A DNA stretch of 11,685 nt. It comes from a candidate division WOR-3 bacterium. GTDB taxonomy: Bacteria; Hydrothermota; Hydrothermia; JBDRYB01. The stretch is taken from NCBI GenBank assembly GCA_049969615.1, contig JBMFOM010000066.1, forward strand, positions 1 through 11,685, read 5' to 3'. Position 1 is the first letter of the stretch. Every line of letters begins with the position of its first letter. The translations under genes were made by a program, and so were the position numbers. A model generated the notes under the pieces. That model was given only the letters and a program-made list of their open reading frames with translations, was not told where the DNA came from and did not search any database. This document shows, piece by piece, positions 1-8,681 of this stretch.

Positions 1-1
1 G

Positions 2-145
2 TCTTTTCTCGCGTGCTCGGATAACCTGAAGGCCCTCCTGCCCTCTTATATCTGTTCCCTGAAAGCCTCAGGGGAATTGATCGTTCATCCTGATGTTGAG
101 GCCAAGGCCCTAAGGTTAGGGTTTAGTTTTGAGCGAACAGGGTAA
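2..145 (+). CDS. Possible 3' end of a gene running in from the left edge (unknown product)
   Basis: Frame 2 is open from the window edge to TAA at 143-145 (SFLACSDNLKALLPSYICSLKASGELIVHPDVEAKALRLGFSFERTG*). No recognisable motif. Confidence 0.4.
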   Translation, partial: SFLACSDNLKALLPSYICSLKASGELIVHPDVEAKALRLGFSFERTG

Positions 146-270
146 GAGAATCCTCCTGCGTCATGTTGACGCTCAGGAACAAGTAGCTTAGATCTAAATC
201 CAGAAGCTTCTAGAAACATGTTCCGGCTGCGACAAAGTTTCCTGAACCCAAAAGGATTCCCGGAGCCAGG

Positions 271-846
271 CTATCCTTTACCTTTCCCCCTGACGGTTAT
301 TGGAACGCCCTCCCTGCACAAAGGGCATTCCTCTGGCTTCCAAGCGATCATGTCTAGCCTGAGGGCCGAGAGGACTGGGACCCCAAGGTCTTTTCCTCCG
401 GACCGGTCAACCAGCACCCCCACCCCAACGACATGGCCGCCATCCCTTTTTACGGCTTCAATCGTATCCAGAATAGAGCCTCCAGTGGTCATAACATCGT
501 CCACGACCAGGACGCGCTTGCACATTATGGGGAATTCGCGCCTGAAGACCCTTCCCTTGCTCCCATCGGGGGGCAACTCCGCATAGGCCGCGCCGATGCC
601 CATGATCTCAGCCAGGGCGAATGCCACGAGTATGCCTCCGGTTGTTGGCCCGGCTATTATCTCGGGGTTCAACCTTCTGACATCCTCGGCTATGAGGGAG
701 AGCAATTTTCTCGTCAGATCCGGGCTTTCCAGAACCCTGAACTTCTCAAAATAAGCGTCAGAGTGCAGGCCGGATGTGAGTAGAAAATGGCCCCTGAGCA
801 AGGCCCCGCGCCTCTCAAGCTCATTGAGGATCTCGTCCATATTCAT
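271..846 (-). CDS. pyrE: Orotate phosphoribosyltransferase
   Basis: GHFLLTSGLHSDAY N-terminal motif, PRPP-binding loop VLVVDDVMTTGGS, LVDRS and a C-terminal CPLC tail. Start could be ATG 846 or ATG 840. Confidence 0.95.
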   Translation of the reverse strand: MNMDEILNELERRGALLRGHFLLTSGLHSDAYFEKFRVLESPDLTRKLLSLIAEDVRRLNPEIIAGPTTGGILVAFALAEIMGIGAAYAELPPDGSKGRVFRREFPIMCKRVLVVDDVMTTGGSILDTIEAVKRDGGHVVGVGVLVDRSGGKDLGVPVLSALRLDMIAWKPEECPLCREGVPITVRGKGKG

Positions 847-912
847 TCATCAGGGGTTTCAAATCCACCAACCCCCGGCCCCTCAGGGTCGCGTGAGGGT
901 TTCGGCCGAACC

Positions 913-1071
913 CTAGCCCTTCTTCGGAGTCGGAGGCATTGGCGCCTTCAGGGGACTGATTGTAAGCGCGCCCTCGTTTCTCTCCGAGGCCAGGATCTTC
1001 GGCTTTTCATAAGGCTTACGCACCCGGTCCTTTATCCGGGGAACCCTTCTATCCTTATCCTCTTCTGACAT
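913..1071 (-). CDS. 52-aa peptide, putative RiPP-precursor-like (YxxPxI/L leader)
   Basis: ATG at 1071 preceded by AAAGGAAAGCT (SD-like AGGA, 5-nt spacing). Translation MSEEDKDRRVPRIKDRVRKPYEKPKILASERNEGALTISPLKAPMPPTPKKG fills the ssrA-pyrE gap. The ORF-track start at 1131 lies inside tmRNA. Confidence 0.7.
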   Translation of the reverse strand: MSEEDKDRRVPRIKDRVRKPYEKPKILASERNEGALTISPLKAPMPPTPKKG

Positions 1072-1092
1072 AGCTTTCCTTTTTGCGTCCAA

Positions 1093-1427
1093 TGGAGGCG
1101 GGGGGATTCGAACCCCCGTCCAGAGACCCAACCCGCAAAGCCCTACACGCTTAGCTCGCCCTCATTCCTTCCGGAGCCGGGCGAGCAAGCCTCCCGGAAG
1201 GTTTTGCCCCTTTATCTGACCGGGCCCACGGGGCAGGGGTCCGGCGACCCCGGATTTATGAGGCCCCTCTGGGAGGTCCGGGGAACATCCCAGGGAACCA
1301 CGCCCTTCAGTTAGGCGTACGCGTATGCCTTTTCGGCAGTTGTATCTTGCCGCTTTTTTAACGGGGTGACGGCTCCCCGGCGTGCGCCTCGTCGGGTTCG
1401 CTGTCCCTGTCGAGACCAGTCGCCCCC
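1093..1427 (-). ncRNA. ssrA: tmRNA, one-piece, 335 nt, CCA not encoded
   Basis: 5' GGGGGCG pairs with 3' CGCCTCC-A with the G3-U alanyl determinant. T-arm GGGGG-TTCGAAT-CCCCC, CTCGAC motif near the 5' end, internal tag ORF. Confidence 0.97.
1311..1337 (-). other. tmRNA tag reading frame AEKAYAYA*
   Basis: Resume context ATACAACT-GCC after the first pseudoknot region; GCC GAA AAG GCA TAC GCG TAC GCC TAA. Confidence 0.85.
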
Positions 1428-1441
1428 AAACTAAGGCCTAT

Positions 1442-1470
1442 ATAATACTGGTTTTGCCGGGCAAAATCAA
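1442..1470 (-). promoter_or_regulatory. Putative sigma70-type ssrA promoter
   Basis: TTGATT (1470-1465), 17 nt, TATTAT (1447-1442), ending 14 nt upstream of the mature tmRNA 5' end. Confidence 0.6.
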
Positions 1471-1544
1471 GTGCTTGAATCCCGGATGACCCATCTTGGC
1501 CCTATCCAATTTGGGGCAAGGGTTTGGCAATTTCGGAGCAAAGA

Positions 1545-1652
1545 GAGCCTGTCCCAGAATAGGGTTATTGAGAAGCTGTCTCAGATAAGATCCGCTCCGG
1601 GCCTTATTCTTAGAATTGAGTGGCGCCAAAAATCGTATTTTGAGACAGGTTC
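1545..1652. mobile_element. MITE-like element / IS remnant, family 2 (108 bp)
   Basis: Imperfect terminal inverted repeats GAGCCTGTCCCAGAATAGGGTTATTG vs GAACCTGTCTCAAAATACGATTTTTG (20/26). Third TIR-like copy at 1572. No clear target duplication. Confidence 0.55.
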
Positions 1653-1701
1653 AATCTGGGTTATAATGGCCTTGAAAGACCGCTGAGCCAGCCTAGATAA
1701 T
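1640..1701 (+). promoter_or_regulatory. Tandem putative promoters for the aminotransferase
   Basis: TTGAGA (1640-1645), 16 nt, TATAAT (1662-1667); and TTGAAA (1672-1677), 18 nt, GATAAT (1696-1701). Confidence 0.5.
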
Positions 1702-1709
1702 ATTCCCCT

Positions 1710-2921
1710 ATGCGTATCTCACAGAGGGCAGAAAAGGCCCAGGCAAGCCCTATAAGAAAGCTCGTTCCCCTTGCTGATGCGGCAAAAGAGGCCGGCATCA
1801 TTGTTTATCACCTTAACATAGGCCAACCGGACATACCCAGTCCCCCGGCGGCCATAGACGCGATCCGAAAGTGGGAAGGCAGTGTTCTGGCATACGGCCA
1901 CTCTGAGGGTCAGAAGTTCTACAGGGAGACCCTGGTCAAGTATTACCGTGGTCTTGGCCTTGATGTGAACCTGGAGGATGTGTTCGTGACAACGGCCGGC
2001 TCAGAAGCCATCATCTTCGCTATGGCCGCTGTCGCTGACCCGGCCGATGAAATAATTGTGTTTGAGCCTTTCTACACGAACTACAACGGCTTCGCGTCCA
2101 TGGTCTCGGTTAGGCTCGTTCCCATAACCCTCTCGGTTGAAAACGGGTTTCACCTGCCGGACAGGAAGACCATAGAATCCCGGATAACCGAGAAAACCAG
2201 GGCGATTCTCTATTGCTCGCCGAACAACCCAACCGGAACGGTCTATACTAGGGAGGAGGTTGCCATGCTGTCTGAGATAGCGGCCGAGCACGACCTGTTC
2301 CTTATGGGAGATGAGGTCTACAGAGAGTTCGTGTATGATGACGGAGTAACCCACACATCGGTTCTCTCTTTTCCCCAGATCCGTGACAGGGCCATAATGC
2401 TTGACAGCATATCCAAACGTTTCTCCATGTGTGGCGCCAGAATAGGTAACATAGTAACCAAGAACAGGGACATCTGGAACGCTTGCCTTAAGTTCGGCCA
2501 GGCGAGGCTATGCCCTCCCCAACTGGAACAGGTTGCCGCGGGTGCCGCATACGGGATACCTCCGGAGGATTATATCCTGCCAATGATAGGCGAATACAAG
2601 AACCGAAGGGATACTGTTTATGAAGCACTCACGAAGATGCCAGGGGTTAAGACCTTTCTGCCAGAAGGAGCATTCTACGCAATAGCGGCCCTACCTGTTG
2701 ACGACGCGGACAGGTTCGCGGCTTGGCTTCTCTCGGATTTCTGGAAGGCTGAGGGCATAAAGGAAACGGTTATGCTGGCTCCAGCCTCGGGATTTTATGC
2801 GACTCCTAGCGCTGGCACGAATGAGGTCAGGATAGCCTATGTGCTTGAGCGTGATAAGCTAGCCAGGGCTATGGAGCTACTGGCAAGGGCGCTTGAGGTC
2901 TATCCGGGGAAAAGGGGCTGA
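1710..2921 (+). CDS. PLP-dependent aminotransferase class I/II (aspartate aminotransferase family)
   Basis: LNIGQPD, SPNNPTG, DEVY, PLP-lysine motif SISKRFSMCGARIG, PEGAFY, C-terminal VRIAY; 403 aa. Confidence 0.93.
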   Translation: MRISQRAEKAQASPIRKLVPLADAAKEAGIIVYHLNIGQPDIPSPPAAIDAIRKWEGSVLAYGHSEGQKFYRETLVKYYRGLGLDVNLEDVFVTTAGSEAIIFAMAAVADPADEIIVFEPFYTNYNGFASMVSVRLVPITLSVENGFHLPDRKTIESRITEKTRAILYCSPNNPTGTVYTREEVAMLSEIAAEHDLFLMGDEVYREFVYDDGVTHTSVLSFPQIRDRAIMLDSISKRFSMCGARIGNIVTKNRDIWNACLKFGQARLCPPQLEQVAAGAAYGIPPEDYILPMIGEYKNRRDTVYEALTKMPGVKTFLPEGAFYAIAALPVDDADRFAAWLLSDFWKAEGIKETVMLAPASGFYATPSAGTNEVRIAYVLERDKLARAMELLARALEVYPGKRG

Positions 2922-3025
2922 TCCATGCCTTTTCAGGCCAGGTTGACGAGATGGTTCGGAATATTGCGCTGAGGTGAGCTCAATCTGGAAAGGAACCTGA
3001 TCCAAGCTTTAGAATTTTCGCAGGC

Positions 3026-6000
3026 ATGGCAGGATATAAACCGAAAAACAAGGTGAGGTTTGTGACCGCGACCTCGCTGTTTGATGGGCATGATGTTTCC
3101 ATTAACCTGATAAGGCGATTACTGGTTGAGGCCGGCGCTGAGGTCATCCACCTCGGCCACAACCGCTCCGCGGGGGAAATAGTTGATGCCGCAATCCAGG
3201 AGGACGCGCAGGCAATCGCGGTATCCTCTTATCAGGGTGGCCACATGATGTTCTACAAATACATGCGCGACCTCCTAAACGAGCGCGGGGCCAGCCACAT
3301 AAGGATATTCGGTGGTGGCGGAGGGGTCATAATTCCAAGAGAGATAAAGGAGCTCGCTGAATACGGGATAAGGATATACTCACCAGAGGACGGGCACAGG
3401 ATGGGGCTTTCTGGGATGATTGACGAAATGATGGAGAAATCGGACTTCTCCACGACCGAGCTTCCCGACGATGGCTTATACGAGAGGCTTAAGGTAAGGG
3501 ACCACGGCGCGATCGCGAGGCTGATCACCCTGGTGGAGGAGCTTCCGGAGGGAACTGAAAAGGAGACGGTTCTCAAAAGGGTTAAGGCCATCCAAACAAA
3601 ACACGCGCCAGTAGTCGGCATAACCGGGACCGGCGGTGCGGGAAAAAGCTCCATAACCGATGAGCTGGTCTGGCGGATACTGGAGCACTGCCCCGATAAA
3701 ACCGTGGCCATCATATCCGTTGATCCGTCCAGAAAGAAGACCGGAGGTGCCCTGCTTGGTGACAGGATAAGGATGAATTACATTCAGGACCAGAGGGTCT
3801 ATATGCGCTCCCTTGCGACCCGCGGAGCCAAATCCGAACTCTCAAGTGCGACGCGGGATGCCATAGAAGTCTGCAGGGCCGCTGGTCTTGACCTGGTTTT
3901 CGTTGAAACCGGAGGCATAGGCCAAGGGGATACGGAGATAACCCAGGTCTCAGATATATCGCTCTATGTTATGACGCCTGAGTATGGGGCATCCCTGCAA
4001 TTGGAAAAGATAGACATGCTGGACTACGCGGACATCATCGCTATAAATAAGTTTGAGAGGCGTGGGGCGTGGGAGGCCCTGCGGGATGTCCGAAAGCAAT
4101 TCAGGCGCAACCATAAGATAGAACATTCTGTGCCAGACGATGACCTGCCCGTTATAGGGACAATAGCCAGCCGCTTCAACGACATCGGGGTGAACGCCCT
4201 CTACAGCCTCGTGGTAGAAAAGATCAGGGAAAAAACCGGCCAGGAAATTGATCCATCGGCCAGATATTCAAAGGATTGGCTGGACCGAAAGGACTACACC
4301 ATCATACCCAGGGAAAGGGAAAATTACCTGCGAGAAATAGCGAAAACCGTCCGGGAATACAAGAGCCGCGGCATGGAGCAGGTAGCGCTGGCGCGCAGGC
4401 TCTATCAGCTGGAGGGAGCGCTCAGCGCGGCACAGGAAAACGGCCTCAGCAAAGAAGTAATAAGGGCGCTTGAGGAGCTCAGAAATGAGTGTGAGACCAG
4501 GCTCTCACCAGAGGCAAAGAACCTTTTGAATTCCTGGAATCAAATAGTCAAGCGTTACTCAGCCGAAACCCTGACCATAAGGGTTAGGGACAGGGAGATA
4601 ACTCACGAGCTAATCACCAAGACCCTCTCTGGAACGAGAATACCAAAGGTGGCGCTCCCTAAATACGAGGATTATGGTGAGCGTTTGAAATACCTGTGGC
4701 TGGAAAACCTGCCCGGATATTTCCCCTTCACAGCCGGCACATTCCCACTGAGAAGAACCGAGGAGGAGCCGCGGCGCCAGTTTGCTGGCGAGGGGGGGCC
4801 GGATCGCACCAACAAGAGATTCCATTATCTGACCAGGCACGACCCAATGAAACGGCTCTCGGTCGCTTTTGACAGCCCGACCCTCTATGGCGAGGACCCA
4901 GCCGAACGCCCAGACATATATGGCAAGATAGGCGAAGGTGGGGTGAGCATATGTAGTCTTGATGACATGAAAAAGATGCTGGCGGGTTTTGACCTCTGTC
5001 ACCCGTTGACAAGCGTGTCAATGACAATAAACGGCCCAGCGCCGATAATACTGGCCATGTTCTTCAACGCGGCCATAGAGCAACAAACGGAGAAATTCCG
5101 AGAGGAAAATGGCCGGGAGCCAACCGAGGCAGAGCGTGAGGAGATAAAGAACTGCACCCTCCAGACGGTCCGCGGAACGGTCCAGGCGGACATACTCAAG
5201 GAGGACCAGGGCCAGAACACCTGCATATTCTCAATAGACTTTGCTCTCCGGCTCATGGGCGATGTGCAGGAGTATTTCATCCAAAAGGGTGTCAGAAACT
5301 TTTATTCCGTGAGCATAAGCGGTTATCACATCGCGGAGGCCGGCGCTAACCCAATAACCCAGCTGGCTTTTACGCTGGCGAACGGGTTCACTTATGTTGA
5401 ATATTATCTGAGCCGGGGCATGAACATAGACGACTTCGCACCGAACCTCTCGTTCTTTTTCTCCAACGGGATGGACGCGGAATACTCTGTCCTGGGCAGG
5501 GTTGCCAGGAGGATATGGGCTGTTGCCATGAGGGAGAGATACGGCGGGAACGAGCGCTCTCAGAAGCTCAAGTATCACATCCAGACCTCGGGCAGGAGCC
5601 TGCACGCGCAGGAGATGGCCTTCAACGACATAAGGACGACCCTGCAAGCGCTCGTGGCCTATTATGACAACTGCAACTCCCTGCACACGAATTCCTATGA
5701 CGAGGCGGTCACAACCCCAACTGAGGAGTCAGTGCGCAGGGCGGTGGCCATCCAGATGATAATCGCCAGGGAGTTCGGTCTAGCCAAGAACGAGAACATA
5801 TCCCAGGGCAGTTTCATCATGGAGGAGTTGACCGATCTGGTTGAGGAGGCGGTTCTGACGGAATTTGAGCGCATATCCGAGCGCGGGGGGGTCCTCGGAG
5901 CCATGGAGCTCGGTTATCAGAGGGGAAAGATACAGGATGAATCAATGATCTATGAGCTCAAGAAGCACTCGGGCGAACTTCCCATAGTTGGGGTCAACAC

Positions 6001-6280
6001 ATTCGTTAATCCGGACATAAACCCGGATGAGTTTATTCCCCAGGACATACGGCTCGCGAGGGCAACCGAGGACGAGAAGCGCGCGCAGTTGCAAAACCTC
6101 AGGGCCTTTCAAGATAGAAACCGCAATAAGGCAACCGAGGCCCTTGCCAGGCTGAAAAAAGTTGCCCGCGAGGGCGGCAACATATTCGCGGAGCTCATGG
6201 AAACCGTGAAATACGCCAGCCTCGGCCAGATAACCCATGCGCTCTATGAGATAGGGGGCAAATACAGGAGGAACATGTAG
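3026..6280 (+). CDS. icmF: Fused isobutyryl-CoA mutase / MeaB-like GTPase
   Basis: N-terminal B12-binding domain (FDGHD, SSYQGGH), P-loop GTGGAGKSS with DPS, GDRIRM and NKFE, then the mutase barrel ([44 protein letters not shown]); 1084 aa. Confidence 0.96.
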   Translation: MAGYKPKNKVRFVTATSLFDGHDVSINLIRRLLVEAGAEVIHLGHNRSAGEIVDAAIQEDAQAIAVSSYQGGHMMFYKYMRDLLNERGASHIRIFGGGGGVIIPREIKELAEYGIRIYSPEDGHRMGLSGMIDEMMEKSDFSTTELPDDGLYERLKVRDHGAIARLITLVEELPEGTEKETVLKRVKAIQTKHAPVVGITGTGGAGKSSITDELVWRILEHCPDKTVAIISVDPSRKKTGGALLGDRIRMNYIQDQRVYMRSLATRGAKSELSSATRDAIEVCRAAGLDLVFVETGGIGQGDTEITQVSDISLYVMTPEYGASLQLEKIDMLDYADIIAINKFERRGAWEALRDVRKQFRRNHKIEHSVPDDDLPVIGTIASRFNDIGVNALYSLVVEKIREKTGQEIDPSARYSKDWLDRKDYTIIPRERENYLREIAKTVREYKSRGMEQVALARRLYQLEGALSAAQENGLSKEVIRALEELRNECETRLSPEAKNLLNSWNQIVKRYSAETLTIRVRDREITHELITKTLSGTRIPKVALPKYEDYGERLKYLWLENLPGYFPFTAGTFPLRRTEEEPRRQFAGEGGPDRTNKRFHYLTRHDPMKRLSVAFDSPTLYGEDPAERPDIYGKIGEGGVSICSLDDMKKMLAGFDLCHPLTSVSMTINGPAPIILAMFFNAAIEQQTEKFREENGREPTEAEREEIKNCTLQTVRGTVQADILKEDQGQNTCIFSIDFALRLMGDVQEYFIQKGVRNFYSVSISGYHIAEAGANPITQLAFTLANGFTYVEYYLSRGMNIDDFAPNLSFFFSNGMDAEYSVLGRVARRIWAVAMRERYGGNERSQKLKYHIQTSGRSLHAQEMAFNDIRTTLQALVAYYDNCNSLHTNSYDEAVTTPTEESVRRAVAIQMIIAREFGLAKNENISQGSFIMEELTDLVEEAVLTEFERISERGGVLGAMELGYQRGKIQDESMIYELKKHSGELPIVGVNTFVNPDINPDEFIPQDIRLARATEDEKRAQLQNLRAFQDRNRNKATEALARLKKVAREGGNIFAELMETVKYASLGQITHALYEIGGKYRRNM

Positions 6281-6285
6281 ATAGA

Positions 6286-6315
6286 TTGCCCACGAACCCT
6301 GCCATGCCTTATATT
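6286..6315 (+). promoter_or_regulatory. Putative promoter, leaderless geometry
   Basis: TTGCCC, 18 nt, TATATT, then 6 nt to ATG 6322. Confidence 0.55.
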
Positions 6316-6321
6316 TTAATT

Positions 6322-7116
6322 ATGAGCAAGAGAGTTGGGTTTTTGTTTTTCGCCGTGCTTGTGGGGACCTCGTGCGACGAGCGCGGTCTCGCTGGTAGTC
6401 CGCTGATACACCTGAAAGTGGAGGAAGGCGGCGCCGCGCTCACCGTGAGCTGGTATAATGTCGTTGGCGCTGAACGTTATCAGCTTTGGATTGATGGGGT
6501 CAAGGTCTATGAGGGGAACGACACATCCTATTACCTGACAATACCTGCCCGAAAGATAAAAACCATCGCCATCGGCGGGACAGAGAGCACAACGGACGAG
6601 CTTGACCTCTCCGCTGTTACGGATACCGTGGAGGAGATATATGAGCGCGACGGCGAGGGGGTCTCTGCCTTGGGATTCACTGGGGAGGGCAAGTTTGTTC
6701 TCTACGCCCTTTCTGACACCGCAAAAGACGACAATTTCAGCCTTTATCTTGACGATTTCCGCATGGATACAACTAAACCAGATTCCATACGCATGGTCTC
6801 GCCAGACTTCAACGCCTTCGGCGAACCCTTCAACGAGCACAAAACCCTGTTCGCAAGGTGGGGCCCGGACAGCCTGGTCGCGCCGGACACTCTCTCCTAT
6901 CAGAATAACTATTCGCACGTGCTCAAAAAGGATTCGGTATATGCGCTCTGGCTTGATACTGATCACAACGGCTGGGGCGATGGCCACAGCTTTGACTATT
7001 TCGTAAAGGTCAAGATCCTGGCCGAGCCGGACTCGACGGGAAAGGTAACATTCCAATACTGGTTCCAGAAGATCGGTGGACTCAGGTGGGTTCCCGAACC
7101 CACAGAAGAGGAATGA
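6322..7116 (+). CDS. Hypothetical lipoprotein (264 aa)
   Basis: MSKR + hydrophobic stretch + lipobox-like VGTSC. FN3-like segment LTVSWYNVVGAERYQLWIDG. Stop overlaps the mltG start (ATGA). Confidence 0.8.
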   Translation: MSKRVGFLFFAVLVGTSCDERGLAGSPLIHLKVEEGGAALTVSWYNVVGAERYQLWIDGVKVYEGNDTSYYLTIPARKIKTIAIGGTESTTDELDLSAVTDTVEEIYERDGEGVSALGFTGEGKFVLYALSDTAKDDNFSLYLDDFRMDTTKPDSIRMVSPDFNAFGEPFNEHKTLFARWGPDSLVAPDTLSYQNNYSHVLKKDSVYALWLDTDHNGWGDGHSFDYFVKVKILAEPDSTGKVTFQYWFQKIGGLRWVPEPTEEE

Positions 7117-8126
7117 AAACCAAAATCACGGCATTGCTCATATTCGGTGGCATAGCGATTGCCGTTGGGGCCACGGCCTTGGCATATTTTGGCGGGCCGA
7201 CCGGCGAGGAGATCCGCGTTGGCCTCGGCAGGGGACAATCCCTGCTCAGCCTCGCGGATACCCTAAAGGCCAAGGGGGTGATTGAAAGCCCAGCGCTTTT
7301 CCTGCTGTTCCTCCGAATCACCGGCAAGGAAGGGCATGTAAAAGCCGGATACTACATTTTCAGGAAACGCGACCACGAATGGAGGGCCGTCAAGAAAATC
7401 TTGACGGGGCCAAACGCGAGCCTTGAAGTTAGGGTAACAATACCGGAGGGAACAACAGGGGCCGCTATGGCAGGGCTTTTCTCAGATAGCCTGGGCTTGG
7501 ATTCCGCTGAGTTCTGCGCGCTCATGAGGGACAAAAGGTTCATTGATTCCCTGGCAGAAACATACCCTTACCTAAAGGGACTCAGTAGCCTGGAGGGGTT
7601 CCTTTTCCCGGACACATACTTTTTCTACAAAGGGGAGAAGCCTCGCGCGGTAATAGCCAGGATGGTGGATAGACATTTCTCCTTTTGGACTCCGGAGCGC
7701 CTCTCGGCGGCTGAGGAATTGCGGATGACAGTCGGGGATATTGTCGTCTTGGCTTCCTTGGTTGAATCCGAGACAAAGCTGGATGAGGAGAGGCCAGTGG
7801 TCGCGTCGGTTTTTCTGAACAGGTTGGCCAGGAAAATGCCCCTCGCGTCAAATAGCGCTCTGGGCTATGTCCTCTCCAAGAACCCAGCGTGGCTGAGCGG
7901 CGAGGACCTTGAGATCAATAGCCCGTATAACACCTACAAACGGCTGGGCCTGCCGCCAACAGCTATTTGCAGTCCGGGTCTGAAGTCCATAGACGCGGTT
8001 CTGCACCCCGCCCGGACAAACTACCTGTTTTTCGTCGCAACGGGCGAGGGAAACCACTTGTTCTCAGCGACCTACGAGGAGCACCAGCGGAATGTCGCTA
8101 GGGCGCGGGAGAACTGGAACAAGTAG
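7113..8126 (+). CDS. mltG: Endolytic transglycosylase MltG (YceG family)
   Basis: N-terminal membrane anchor, VKAGYY, VTIPEG, LEGFLFPDTY, catalytic ASLVESE, SPYNTYKRLGLPPTAICSPG, YLFFV, HLFSATYEEH. Confidence 0.95.
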   Translation: MKTKITALLIFGGIAIAVGATALAYFGGPTGEEIRVGLGRGQSLLSLADTLKAKGVIESPALFLLFLRITGKEGHVKAGYYIFRKRDHEWRAVKKILTGPNASLEVRVTIPEGTTGAAMAGLFSDSLGLDSAEFCALMRDKRFIDSLAETYPYLKGLSSLEGFLFPDTYFFYKGEKPRAVIARMVDRHFSFWTPERLSAAEELRMTVGDIVVLASLVESETKLDEERPVVASVFLNRLARKMPLASNSALGYVLSKNPAWLSGEDLEINSPYNTYKRLGLPPTAICSPGLKSIDAVLHPARTNYLFFVATGEGNHLFSATYEEHQRNVARARENWNK

Positions 8127-8183
8127 GGCAAGACTCGCGCCCGGCCCTTGATCGTCCACGCGCTTCAGGTTAATAATTGGGAT

Positions 8184-8660
8184 ATGCTCCTGGCGTTGGC
8201 GCTTTTGGCCGAACCTGTTCCGGTTTCCATATACGGGGTTGAAAACCTGGGCGGGTCATACAACGCAATCCTGGTGGATACCATCGGCGAGCGGTTCGTT
8301 CTCATAGGGATATCTGAGGACCAAGCCCTTTCGCTCCGGCTCGGGCTTTATGGGATGAATTACATCAGGCCCCTGACCCACGATCTGTTCATGGCCGCGC
8401 TGGATTCGGTGGGTTGGAAGGTTAGTAGGGTGGTGATAACGAAGCTGGATGCCGGGGTTTTCTACTCCGATCTCTACCTGTCAAAGGGCAAAAAGACCGT
8501 GAAGTTGGACGCGAGGCCCTCGGACGCGTTGTGCCTCGCGGCAAGGGCACACTGCCCAGTTTTCGTGGAAGAGAAGGTTCTTGACGATTACATTGAGGAC
8601 TTCATGCGGATGCTGAAGGATATGAGGGAGGGGAAAAAGGATGAGGGTATAGGGATATAG
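8184..8660 (+). CDS. Bifunctional nuclease family (DUF151) protein
   Basis: RPLTHDL and LDARPSDALCLA motifs. ATG 8184 preferred because TTG 8148 looks like the -35 box (TTGATC, 18 nt, AATAAT, 6 nt, ATG). Confidence 0.9.
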   Translation: MLLALALLAEPVPVSIYGVENLGGSYNAILVDTIGERFVLIGISEDQALSLRLGLYGMNYIRPLTHDLFMAALDSVGWKVSRVVITKLDAGVFYSDLYLSKGKKTVKLDARPSDALCLAARAHCPVFVEEKVLDDYIEDFMRMLKDMREGKKDEGIGI

Positions 8661-8681
8661 AAAGCCGCCTTGCTAACCTAG

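Noticed and set aside
853-877. 18/25 match to the tmRNA 3' end, suggesting an att site of a tmRNA-integrated island
   Set aside because: It is inverted rather than direct, is low-complexity G/C runs, and no integrase is present.
1438-1686. ORFs 1471..1686(+) and 1438..1629(-)
   Set aside because: They run through promoters and the MITE-like element, with no recognisable protein features.
2922-3025. Possible cobalamin riboswitch upstream of icmF
   Set aside because: Only about 100 nt, with no B12-box consensus recognised, and the putative -10 lies close to the start codon.
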